A stretch of 64,000 nucleotides of DNA from the human T2T-CHM13v2.0 reference genome, Homo sapiens. The position numbers and the translations under genes were made by a program. Shown piece after piece: positions 43,200 through 56,600 of the stretch. Under the pieces are notes generated by a model, which made no database searches, was not told the origin of the DNA, and was given only the letters and a program-made list of their open reading frames with translations. Each line of letters starts with the position of its first letter. Position 1 is the first letter of the stretch. Location of the stretch: the NCBI RefSeq assembly GCF_009914755.1, contig NC_060939.1. One strand, written 5' to 3'.

Positions 43200-46100
43200 G
43201 TTCCATTTCATTGCATTCCATTCTATTCAACTCTATTGCCTTCCATTCCATTCCATTCGATTACATTCCATGCGATTCCATTCGAAATCGAATCAATTAC
43301 ATTGCAATCCATTACAATTGAGTCCGTTTTATTCCAGTCCACTGCATTCTGGTCCATTCCATTTGATTCCATTCCATTCTATTCCATTCCATACAGTTGC
43401 ATTCCATTGGATTCCATTCTATATCTATAAATTCAATTCGAGACCATTGCTTTTGAGTCCATTCTATATGATTCCATTCCATTCAAGTCCATTACATTTG
43501 GTTCAATTCCATTCCATTCCATTCCCTTCCATTCCATTCCAGTTGATATCAATCCATTCGATTCCATTCCATTCGAGCACATTCCATTCGAGTCCATTCC
43601 ATTCGATGCCATTCCATTTGATTCTATTCCATTAGTCTCCATTCAATTCCATTAATCTCCATTCCATTCCATTCTACTCCAACTGATTCCATTCCATTCT
43701 ATTCCTTTCCATTCCATTTCATTCCATTCCATTCCATTTCATTCCATTCCATTCCATTCGCTTCCATTCCATTCGTGTCCATTCCACTCCAGTCCATTCC
43801 ATTCGTGTCCATTCCATTCCAGTCCATTCCATTTGTGTCCACTGCATTCCATTCCACTCCATTCCATATTATTCCATTACACTCCCTTCCATTCTATTAC
43901 TTTCATTTCCATTCATTTCCATTCCATTTGATTCCATTCCACTCGGTTTCATTCCATTTGAGTCCACTCCATTCCATTCCATTCCATTCCATTCAGTTCC
44001 ATTCCATTCTGTTCCATTCCATTCCGTTCCATTGCATTCCATTCCATTCGGTACCATTCCATATTGTTCCATTTGATTCCATTCGAATCCATTCCATTCC
44101 AGTCCATTCCATTCGATTCCATTCCATTCCTTTCAATTCCATTCCATTCCATTCCATTCCACTTGATTCCACTCCATTCCCTTCCACTGCATTCCATTCG
44201 ATTCCATTCCATTGCATTGCATTCCATTCCATTGGACTGCATTTCATTCGATTCCATTCCATGCGAATCAATTACATAGCAATCCATTACATTCGAGTCT
44301 ATTCTATTCCGTTCCATTCGATTTCGTTCCAATCCATTCGATTCCATTCCATTCGATTCCATTCCATACTATTGCATTCCATTCTATTACATTATATTCG
44401 AATAAGTTCCATTCAAGACCATTTCTTTTGAGTCCATTCTATTTGAGTCCATTCCCTTTGATTCCATAACATTTGAGTCCATTCAATTCCATTCCTTTCG
44501 TTTCCATTCCATTTGATGCCATTCCATTCAATTCTGTTCTACTCGACTCCAATACATTCAATTCCATTCCATCCGATTCCATTACATTCTTTTCATTTCT
44601 TATCCATTTCAAGCCATTCCACTCCATTCCATTCCACTCGTTTCCTTTCCATTCGAGTCCATTCCTCTCCAGTCCATTCCGTTCAATCCATTCCATTCCA
44701 GTCCATTCCATTCGAGTCCGTTCCATTCCAGACCATTCCAATCGAGTCAATTCCATTCCATTCGATGTCTTTCCATAACGATCCATTCCATTCTATTCCT
44801 TTCGATTCCATTCCATTCTATTTCATTCCATTCGATTCCCTTCCATTGGACTCCTTTCCATTCGAGTGCATTCCATTCCGTTCCATTTCTTTCCGTTCTG
44901 TACGATTCCTACCGTTCGACTTCATTTTGTTCCAGTCCATTCCTTTCGCGTCCATTCCATTCCATTTCACTCCATTCGATTCCATTCCACTCGATTCCAC
45001 TTCGTTCCATTTCATTGCATTCCATTCTATTCAACTCTATTGCCTTCCATTCCATTCCATTCGATTACATTCCATGCGATTCCATTCGAAATCGAATCAA
45101 TTACATTGCAATCCATTACTATTGAGTCCGTTTTATTCCAGTCCACTGCATTCTGGTCTATTCCATTTGATTCCATTCCATTCTATTCCATTCCATACAG
45201 TTGCATTCCATTGGATTCCATGCTATATCTATAAATTCAATTCGAGACCATTGCTTTTGAGTCCATTCTATATGATTCCAATCCATTGAAGTCCATTACA
45301 TTTGGTTGAATTCCATTCCATTCCATTCCCTTCCATTCCATTCCAGTTGATATCAATCCATTCGATTCCATTCCATTCGAGCACATTCCATTCGAGTCCA
45401 TTCCATTCGATGCCATTCCATTTGATTCTATTCCATTAGTCTCCATTCAATTCCATTAATCTCCATTCCATTCCATTCTACTCCAACTGATTCCATTCCA
45501 TTCTATTCCTTTCCATTCCATTTCATTCCATTCTATTCCATTTCATTCCATTCCATTCCATTCGTGTCCATTCCACTCCAGTCCATTCCATTCGTGTCCA
45601 TTCCATTCCAGTCCATTCCATTCGTGTCCACTGCATTCCATTACACTCCATTCCATATTATTCCATTACACTCCATTCCATTCTATTACTTTCATTTCCA
45701 TTCAATTCCATTCCATTTGATTCCATTCCACTCGGTTTCATTCCATTTGAGTCCACTCCATTGCATTCCATTCCATTCAGTTCCATTACATTCCATTCCA
45801 TTCGGTACCATTCCATATTGTTCCATTCGATTCCATTCGAATCCATTCCATTCCAGTCCATTCCATTCGATTCCATTCCATTCATTTCAATTCCATTCCA
45901 TTCCATTCCATTACATTCCACTTGATTCCTCTCCATTCCCTTCCACTGCATTCCGTTCGACTCCATTCTATTGCATTGCATTCCATTCCATTGGATTGCA
46001 TTCCATTCGATTCCATTCCATTCGAATCAATTACATAGCAATCCATTACATTCGAGTCTATTCTATTCCGTTCCATTCGATTTTGTTCCAATCCATTCGA

Positions 46101-49100
46101 TTCCATTCCATTAGATTCCATTCCATACTATTGCATTCCATTCGATTACATTATATTCGAATAAGTTCCATTCAAGACCATTTCTTTTGAGTCCATTCTA
46201 TTTGAGTCCATTCCCTTTGATTCCATAACATTTGAGTCCATTCAATTCCATTCCTTTCGTTTCCATTCCATTTGATGCCATTCCATTCAATTCTGTTCTA
46301 CTCGACTCCAATACATTCAATTCCACTCCATCCGATTCCATTACATTCTTTTCATTTCTTATCCATTTCAAGCCATTCCACTCCATTCCATTCCACTCGT
46401 TTCCTTTCCATTCGAGTCCATTCCTCTCCAGTCCATTCCGTTCAATCCATTCCATTCCAGTCCATTCCATTCGAGTCCGTTCCATTCCAGTCCATTCCAT
46501 TCGAGTCAATTCCATTCCATTCGATGTCTTTCCATAACGATCCATTCCATTCTATTCCTTTCGATTCCATTCCATTCTATTTCATTCCATTCGATTCCCT
46601 TCCATTGGACTCCTTTCCATTCGAGTGCATTCCATTCCGTTCCATTTCTTTCCGTTCTGTACGATTCCTACCGTTCGATTTCATTTTGTTCCAGTCCATT
46701 CCTTTCGCGTCCATTCCATTCCATTTCACTCCATTCGATTCCATTCCACTCGATTCCACTTCGTTCCATTTCATTGCATTCCATTCTATTCAACTCTATT
46801 GCCTTCCATTCCATTCCATTCGATTACATTCCATGCGATTCCATTCGAAATCGAATCAATTACATTGCAACCCATTACAATTGAGTCCGTTTTATTCCAG
46901 TCCACTGCATTCTGGTCCATTCCATTTGATTCCATTCCATTCTATTCCATTCCATACAGTTGCATTCCATTGGATTCCATTCTATATCTATAAATTCAAT
47001 TCGAGACCATTGCTTTTGAGTCCATTCTATATGATTCCATTCCATTCAAGTCCATTACATTTGGTTCAATTCCATTCCATTCCATTCCCTTCCATTCCAT
47101 TCCATTTGATATCAATCCATTCGATTCCATTCCATTCGAGCACATTCCATTCGAGTCCATTCCATTCGATGCCATTCCATTTGATTCTATTCCATTAGTC
47201 TCCATTAAATTCCATTAATCTCCATTCCATTCCATTCTACTCCAACTGATTCCATTCCATTCTATTCCTTTCCATTCCATTTCATTCCATTCCATTCCAT
47301 TTCATTCCATTCCATTCCATTCGTGTCCATTCCACTCCAGTCCATTCCATTCGTGTCCATTCCGTTCCAGTCCATTCCATTTGTGTCCACTGCATTCCAT
47401 TCCACTCCATTCCATATTATTCCATTACACTCCATTCCATTCTATTACTTTCATTTCCATTCAATTCCATTCCATTTGATTCCATTCCACTCGGTTTCAT
47501 TCCATTTGAGTCCACTCCATTCCATTCCATTCCATTCAGTTCCATTACATTCCATTCCATTCGGTACCATTCCATATTGTTCCATTCGATTCCATTCGAA
47601 TCCATTCCATTCCAGTCCATTCCATTCGATTCCATTCCATTCATTTCAATTCCATTCCATTCCATTCCACTACATTCCACTTGATTCCTCTCCATTCCCT
47701 TCCACTGCATTCCGTTCGATTCCATTCCATTGCATTGCATTCCATTCCATTGGATTGCATTCCATTCGATTCCATTCCATTCGAATCAATTACATAGCAA
47801 TCCATTACATTCGAGTCTATTCTATTCCGTTCCATTCGATTTTGTTCCAATCCATTCGATTCCATTCCATTCGATTCCATTCCATACTATTGCATTCCAT
47901 TCGATTACATTATATTCGAATAAGTTCCATTCAAGACCATTTCTTTTGAGTCCATTCTATTTGAGTCCATTCCCTTTGATTACATAACATTTGAGTCCAT
48001 TCAATTCCATTCCTTTCGTTTCCATTCCATTTGATGCCATTCCATTCAATTCTCTTCTACTCGACTCCAATACATTCAATTCCATTCCATCCGATTCCAT
48101 TACATTCTTTTCATTTCTTATCCATTTCAAGCCATTCCACTCCATTCCATTCCACTCGTTTCCTTTCCATTCGAGTCCATTCCTCTCCCGTCCATTCCGT
48201 TCAATCCATTCCATTCCAGTCCACTCCATTCGAGTCCGTTCCATTCCAGTGCATTCCATTCGAGTCAATTCCATTCCATTCGATGTCTTTCCATAACGAT
48301 CCATTCCATTCTATTCCTTTCGATTCCATTCCATTCTATTTCATTCCATTCGATTCCCTTCCATTGGACTCCTTTCCATTCGAGTGCATTCCATTCCGTT
48401 CCATTTCTTTCCGTTCTGTACGATTCCTACCGTTCTATTTCATTTTGTTCCAGTCCATTCCTTTCGCGTCCATTCCATTCCATTTCACTGCATTCGATTC
48501 CATTCCACTCGATTCCACTTCGTTCCATTTCATTGCATTCCATTCTATTCAACTCTATTGCCTTCCATTCCATTCCATTCGATTACATTCCATGCGATTC
48601 CATTCGAAATCGAATCAATTACATTGCAATCCATTACAATTGAGTCCGTTTTATTCCAGTCCACTGTATTCTGGTCCACTCCATTTGATTCCATTCCATT
48701 CTATTCCATTCCATACAGTTGCATTCCTTTGGATTCCATGCTATATATATAAATTCAATTCGAGACCATTGCTTTTGAGTCCATTCTATATGATTCCATT
48801 CCATTCAAGTCCATTACATTTGGTTCAATTCCATTCCATTCCATTCCCTTCCATTCCATTCCAGTTGATATCAATCCATTCGATTCCATTCCATTCGAGC
48901 ACATTCCATTCGAGTCCATTCCATTCGATGCCATTCCATTTGATTCTATTCCATTAGTCTCCATTCAATTCCATTAATCTCCATTCCATTCCATTCTACT
49001 CCAACTGATTCCATTCCATTCTATTCCTTTCCATTCCATTTCATTCCATTCCATTCCATTTCATTACATTCCATTCCATTCGCTTCCATTCCATTCGTGT

Positions 49101-50450
49101 CCATTCCACTCCAGTCCATTCCATTCGTGTCCATTCCATTCCAGTCCATTCCATTTGTGTCCACTGCATTCCATTCCACTCCATTCCATATTATTCCATT
49201 ACACTCCCTTCCATTCTATTACTTTCATTTCCATTCAATTCCATTCCATTTGATTCCATTCCACTCGGTTTCATTCCATTTGAGTCCACTCCATTCCATT
49301 CCATTCCATTCCATTCAGTTCCATTCCATTCCGTTCCATTGCATTCCATTCCATTCGGTACCATTCCATATTGTTCCATTCAATTCCATTCGAATCCATT
49401 CCATTCCAGTCCATTCCATTCCATTCCATTCCATTCCTTTCAATTCCATTCCATTCCATTCCATTCCACTTGATTCCACTTCATTCCCTTCCACTGCATT
49501 CCATTCGATTCCATTCCATTGCATTGCATTCCATTCCATTGGACTGCATTCCATTCGATTCCATTCCATGCGAATCAATTACATAGCAATCCATTACATT
49601 CGAGTCTATTCTATTCCGTTCCATTCGATTTCGTTCCAATCCATTCGATTCCATTCCATTCGATTCCATTCCATACTATTGCATTCCATTCTATTACATT
49701 ATATTCGAATAAGTTCCATTCAAGACCATTTCTTTTGAGTCCAATCTATTTGAGTCCATTCCCTTTGATTCCATAACATTTGAGTCCATTCAATTCCATT
49801 CCTTTCGTTTCCATTCCATTTGATGCCATTCCATTCAATTCTGTTCTACTCGACTCCAATACATTCAATTCCATTCCATCCGATTCCATTACATTCTTTT
49901 CATTTCTTATCCATTTCAAGCCATTCCACTCCATTCCATTCCACTCGTTTCCTTTCCATTCGAGTCCATTCCTCTCCAGTCCATTCCGTTCAATCCATTC
50001 CATTCCAGTCCATTCCATTCGAGTCCGTTCCATTCCAGACCATTCCATTCGAGTCAATTCCATTCCATTCGATGTCTTTCCATAACGATCCATTCCATTC
50101 TATTCCTTTCGATTCCATTCCATTCTATTTCATTCCATTCGATTCCCTTCCATTGGACTCCTTTCCATTCGAGTGCATTCCATTCCGTTCCATTTCTTTC
50201 CGTTCTGTACGATTCCTACCGTTCGATTTCATTTTGTTCCAGTCCATTCCTTTCGCGTCCATTCCATTCCATTTCACTCCATTCGATTCCATTCCACTCG
50301 ATTCCACTTCGTTCCATTTCATTGCATTCCATTCTATTCAACTCTATTGCCTTCCATTCCATTCCATTCGATTACATTCCATGCGATTCCATTCGAAATC
50401 GAATCAATTACATTGCAATCCATTACAATTGAGTCCGTTTTATTCCAGTC
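43200..50450 (+). repeat. Block duplication of ~25.5-32.8 kb at 17640-bp (10-unit) offset
   Basis: The unit length series 1804, 1759, 1759, 1789, 1759 occurs in both places. The anchors 25029/42669, 26833/44473, 28592/46232, 30351/47991 and 32140/49780 all differ by 17640. Shared rare variants: TCCATTAAAT, CCACTGTATT, CCAATCTATT, CGTTCTATTT. Boundaries are approximate. Confidence 0.85.
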
Positions 50451-52199
50451 CACTGCATTCTGGTCCATTCCATTTGATTCCATTCCATTCTATTCCATTC
50501 CATACAGTTGCATTCCTTTGGATTCCATGCTATATATATAAATTCAATTCGAGACCATTGCTTTTGAGTCCATTCTATATGATTCCATTCCATTCAAGTC
50601 CATTACATTTGGTTCAATTCCATTCCATTCCATTCCCTTCCATTCCATTCCAGTTGATATCAATCCATTCGATTCCATTCCATTCGAGCACATTCCATTC
50701 GAGTCCATTCCATTCGATACCATTCCATTTGATTCTATTCCATTAGTCTCCATTCAATTCCATTAATCTCCATTCCATTCCATTCTACTCCAACTGATTC
50801 CATTCCATTCTATTCCTTTCCATTCCATTTCATTCCATTCCATTCCATTTCATTCCATTCCATTCCATTCGTGTCCATTCCACTCCAGTCCATTCCATTC
50901 GTGTCCATTCCATTCCAGTCCATTCCATTTGTGTCCACTGCATTCCATTCCACTCCATTCCATATTATTCCATTACACTCCATTCCATTCTATTACTTTC
51001 ATTTCCATTCAATTCCATTCCATTTGATTCCATTCCACTCGGTTTCATTCCATTTGAGTCCACTCCATTCCATTCCATTCCATTCAGTTCCATTACATTC
51101 CATTCCATTCGGTACCATTCCATATTGTTCCATTCGATTCCATTCGAATCCATTCCATTCCAGTCCATTCCATTCGATTCCATTCCATTCATTTCAATTC
51201 CATTCCATTCCATTCCATTACATTCGACTTGATTCCTCTCCATTCCCTTCCACTGCATTCCGTTCGATTCCATTCCATTGCATTGCATTCCATTCCATTG
51301 GATTGCATTCCATTCGATTCCATTCCATTCGAATCAATTACATAGCAATCCATTACATTCGAGTCTATTCTATTCCGTTCCATTCGATTTTGTTCCAAAC
51401 CATTCGATTCCATTCCATTCGATTCCATTCCATACTATTGCATTCCATTCGATTACATTATATTCGAATAAGTTCCATTCAAGACCATTTCTTTGGAGTC
51501 CATTCTATTTGAGTCCATTCCCTTTGATTCCATAACATTTGAGTCCATTCAATTCCATTCCTTTCGTTTCCATTCCATTTGATGCCATTCCATTCAATTC
51601 TGTTCTACTCGACTCCAATACATTCAATTCCATTCCATCCGATTCCATTACATTCTTTTCATTTCTTATCCATTTCAAGCCATTCCACTCCATTCCATTC
51701 CACTCGTTTCCTTTCCATTCGAGTCCATTCCTCTCCAGTCCATTCCGTTCAATCCATTCCATTCCAGTCCATTCCATTCGAGTCCGTTCCATTCCAGTCC
51801 ATTCCATTCGAGTCAATTCCATTCCATTCGATGTCTTTCCATAACGATCCATTCCATTCTATTCCTTTCGATTCCATTCCATTCTATTTCATTCCATTCG
51901 ATTCCCTTCCATTGGACTCCTTTCCATTCGAGTGCATTCCATTCCGTTCCATTTCTTTCCGTTCTGTACGATTCCTACCGTTCGATTTCATTTTGTTCCA
52001 GTCCATTCCTTTCGCGTCCATTCCATTCCATTTCACTCCATTCGATTCCATTCCACTCGATTCCACTTCGTTCCATTTCATTGCATTCCATTCTATTCAA
52101 CTCTATTGCCTTCCATTCCATTCCATTCGATTACATTCCATGCGATTCCATTCGAAATCGAATCAATTACATTGCAATCCATTACTATTGAGTCCGTTT

Positions 52200-53600
52200 T
52201 ATTCCAGTCCACTGCATTCTGGTCTATTCCATTTGATTCCATTCCATTCTATTCCATTCCATACAGTTGCATTCCATTGGATTCCATGCTATATCTATAA
52301 ATTCAATTCGAGACCATTGCTTTGGGTCCATTCTATATGATTCCAATCCATTGAAGTCCATTACATTTGGTTGAATTCCATTCCATTCCATTCCCTTCCA
52401 TTCCATTCCAGTTGATATCAATCCATTCGATTCCATTCCATTCGAGCACATTCCATTCGAGTCCATTCCATTCGATGCCATTCCATTTGATTCTATTCCA
52501 TTAGTCTCCATTCAATTCCATTAATCTCCATTCCATTCCATTCTACTCCAACTGATTCCATTCCATTCTATTCCTTTCCATTCCATTTCATTCCATTCTA
52601 TTCCATTTCATTCCATTCCATTCCATTCGTGTCCATTCCACTCCAGTCCATTCCATTCGTGTCCATTCCATTCCAGTCCATTCCATTCGTGTCCACTGCA
52701 TTCCATTACACTCCATTCCATATTATTCCATTACACTCCATTCCATTCTATTACTTTCATTTCCATTCAATTCCATTCCATTTGATTCCATTCCACTCGG
52801 TTTCATTCCATTTGAGTCCACTCCATTGCATTCCATTCCATTCAGTTCCATTACATTCCATTCCATTCGGTACCATTCCATATTGTTCCATTCGATTCCA
52901 TTCGAATCCATTCCATTCCAGTCCATTCCATTCGATTCCATTCCATTCATTTCAATTCCATTCCATTCCATTCCATTACATTCCACTTGATTCCTCTCCA
53001 TTCCCTTCCACTGCATTCCGTTCGACTCCATTCCATTGCATTGCATTCCATTCCATTGGATTGCATTCCATTCGATTCCATTCCATTCGAATCAATTACA
53101 TAGCAATCCATTACATTCGAGTCTATTCTATTCCGTTCCATTCGATTTTGTTCCAATCCATTCGATTCCATTCCATTAGATTCCATTCCATACTATTGCA
53201 TTCCATTCGATTACATTATATTCGAATAAGTTCCATTCAAGACCATTTCTTTTGAGTCCATTCTATTTGAGTCCATTCCCTTTGATTCCATAACATTTGA
53301 GTCCATTCAATTCCATTCCTTTCGTTTCCATTCCATTTGATGCCATTCCATTCAATTCTGTTCTACTCGACTCCAATACATTCAATTCCACTCCATCCGA
53401 TTCCATTACATTCTTTTCATTTCTTATCCATTTCAAGCCATTCCACTCCATTCCATTCCACTCGTTTCCTTTCCATTCGAGTCCATTCCTCTCCAGTCCA
53501 TTCCGTTCAATCCATTCCATTCCAGTCCATTCCATTCGAGTCCGTTCCATTCCAGTCCATTCCATTCGAGTCAATTCCATTCCATTCGATGTCTTTCCAT
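52200..53600 (+). repeat. Copy of the ~45.1-46.5 kb segment at ~7065-bp (4-unit) offset
   Basis: Private variants ATCCATTGAAGTCC, TTCGTGTCCACTG, CTCCATTGCA, TTCGACTCC and TTAGATTCC, plus EcoRI sites at 45308 and 52373, are shared by the two segments. Confidence 0.85.
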
Positions 53601-56600
53601 AACGATCCATTCCATTCTATTCCTTTCGATTCCATTCCATTCTATTTCATTCCATTCGATTCCCTTCCATTGGACTCCTTTCCATTCGAGTGCATTCCAT
53701 TCCTTTCCATTTCTTTCCGTTCTGTACGATTCCTACCGTTCGATTTCATTTTGTTCCAGTCCATTCCTTTCGCGTCCATTCCATTCCATTTCACTCCATT
53801 CGATTCCATTCCACTCGATTCCACTTCGTTCCATTTCATTGCATTCCATTCTATTCAACTCTATTGCCTTCCATTCCATTCCATTCGATTACATTCCATG
53901 CGATTCCATTCGAAATCGAATCAATTACATTGCAGTCCATTACAATTGAGTCCGTTTTATTCCAGTCCACTGCATTCTGGTCCATTCCATTTGATTCCAT
54001 TCCATTCTATTCCATTCCATACAGTTGCATTCCTTTGGATTCCATGCTATATATATAAATTCAATTCGAGACCATTGCTTTTGAGTCCATTCTATATGAT
54101 TCCATTCCATTCAAGTCCATTACATTTGGTTCAATTCCATTCCATTCCATTCCCTTCCATTCCATTCCAGTTGATATCAATCCATTCGATTCCATTCCAT
54201 TCGAGCACATTCCATTCGTGTCCATTCCATTCGATGCCATTCCATTTGATTCTATTCCATTAGTCTCCATTCAATTCCATTAATCTCCATTCCATTCCAT
54301 TCTACTCCAACTGATTCCATTCCATTCTATTCCTTTCCATTCCATTTCATTCCATTCCATTCCATTTCATTCCATTCCATTCCATTCGTGTCCATTCCAC
54401 TCCAGTCCATTCCATTCGTGTCCATTCCATTCCAGTCCATTCCATTTGTGTCCACTGCATTCCATTCCACTCCATTCCATATTATTCCATTACACTCCAT
54501 TCCATTCTATTACTTTCATTTCCATTCAATTCCATTCCATTTGATTCCATTCCACTCGGTTTCATTCCATTTGAGTCCACTCCATTCCATTCCATTCCAT
54601 TCCATTCAGTTCCATTCCATTCTGTTCCATTCCAATCCATTCCATTCGGTACCATTCCATAGTGTTCCATTCGATTCCATTCGAATCCATTCCATTCCAG
54701 TCCTTTCCATTCGATTCCATTCCATTCATTTCAATTCCATTCCATTCCATTCCATTCCATTCCACTTGATTCCTCTCCATTCCCTTCCACTGCATTCCGT
54801 TCGATTCCATTCCATTGCATTGCATTCCATTCCATTGGATTGCATTCCATTCGATTCCATTCCATTCGAATCAATTACATAGCAATCCATTACATTCGAG
54901 TCTATTCTCTTCCGTTCCATTCGATTTCGTTCCAATCCATTCGATTCCATTCCATTCGATTCCATTCCATACTATTGCATTCCATTCGATTAAATTATAT
55001 TCGAATAAGTTCCATTCAAGACCATTTCTTTTGAGTCCATTCTATTTGAGTCCATTCCCTTTGATTCCATAACATTTGAGTCCATTCAATTCCATTCCTT
55101 TCGTTTCCATTCCATTTGATGCCATTCCATTCAATTCTGTTCTACTCGACTCCAATACATTCAATTCCATTCCATCCGATTCCATTACATTCTTTTCATT
55201 TCTTATCCATTTCAAGCCATTCCACTCCATTCCATTCCACTCGTTTCCTTTCCATTCGAGTCCATTCCTCTCCAGTCCATTCCGTTCAATCCATTCCATT
55301 CCAGTCCATTCCATTCGAGTCCGTTCCATTCCAGTCCATTCCATTCGAGTCAATTCCATTCCATTCGATGTCTTTCCATAACGATCCATTCCATTCTATT
55401 CCTTTCGATTCCATTCCATTCTATTTCATTCCATTCGATTCCCTTCCATTGGACTCCTTTCCATTCGAGTGCATTCCATTCCGTTCCATTTCTTTCCGTT
55501 CTGTACGATTCCTACCGTTCGATTTCATTTTGTTCCAGTCCATTCCTTTCGCGTCCATTCCATTCCATTTCACTCCATTGGATTCCATTCCACTCGATTC
55601 CACTTTGTTCCATTTCATTGCATTCCATTCTATTCAACTCTATTGCCTTCCATTCCATTCCATTCGATTACATTCCATGCGATTCCATTCGAAATCGAAT
55701 CAATTACATTGCAATCCATTACTATTGAGTCCATTTTATTCCAGTCCACTGCATTCTGGTCCATTCCATTTGATTCCATTCCATTCTATTCCATTCCATA
55801 CAGTTGCATTCCATTGGATTCCATTCTATATCTATAAATTCAATTCGAGACCATTGCTTTTGAGTCCATTCTATATGATTCCATTCCATTCAAGTCCATT
55901 ACATTTGGATCAATTCCATTCCATTCCATTCCCTTCCATTCCATTCCAGTTGATATCAATCCATTCGATTCCATTCCATTCGAGCACATTCCATTCGAGT
56001 CCATTCCATTCGATGCCATTCCATTTGATTCTATTCCATTAGTCTCCATTCAATTCCATTAATCTCCATTCCATTCCATTCTACTCCAACTGATTCCATT
56101 CCATTCTATTCCTTTCCATTCCATTTCATTCCATTCCATTCCATTTCATTCCATTCCATTCCATTCGTGTCCATTCCACTCCAGTCCATTCCATTCGTGT
56201 CCATTCCATTCCAGTCCATTCCATTTGTGTCCACTGCATTCCATTCCACTCCATTCCATATTATTCCATTACACTCCATTCCATTCTATTACTTTCATTT
56301 CCATTCAATTCCATTCCATTTGATTCCATTCCACTCGGTTTCATTCCATTTGAGTCCACTCCATTCCATTCCATTCCATTCCATTCAGTTCCATTCCATT
56401 CTGTTCCATTCCATTCCATTCCATTCGGTACCATTCCATAGTGTTCCATTCGATTTCATTCGAATCCATTCCATTCCAGTCCTTTCCATTCGATTCCATT
56501 CCATTCATTTCAATTCCATTCCATTCCATTCCATTCCATTCCACTTGATTCCTCTCCATTCCCTTCCACTGCATTCCGTTCGATTCCATTCCATTGCATT

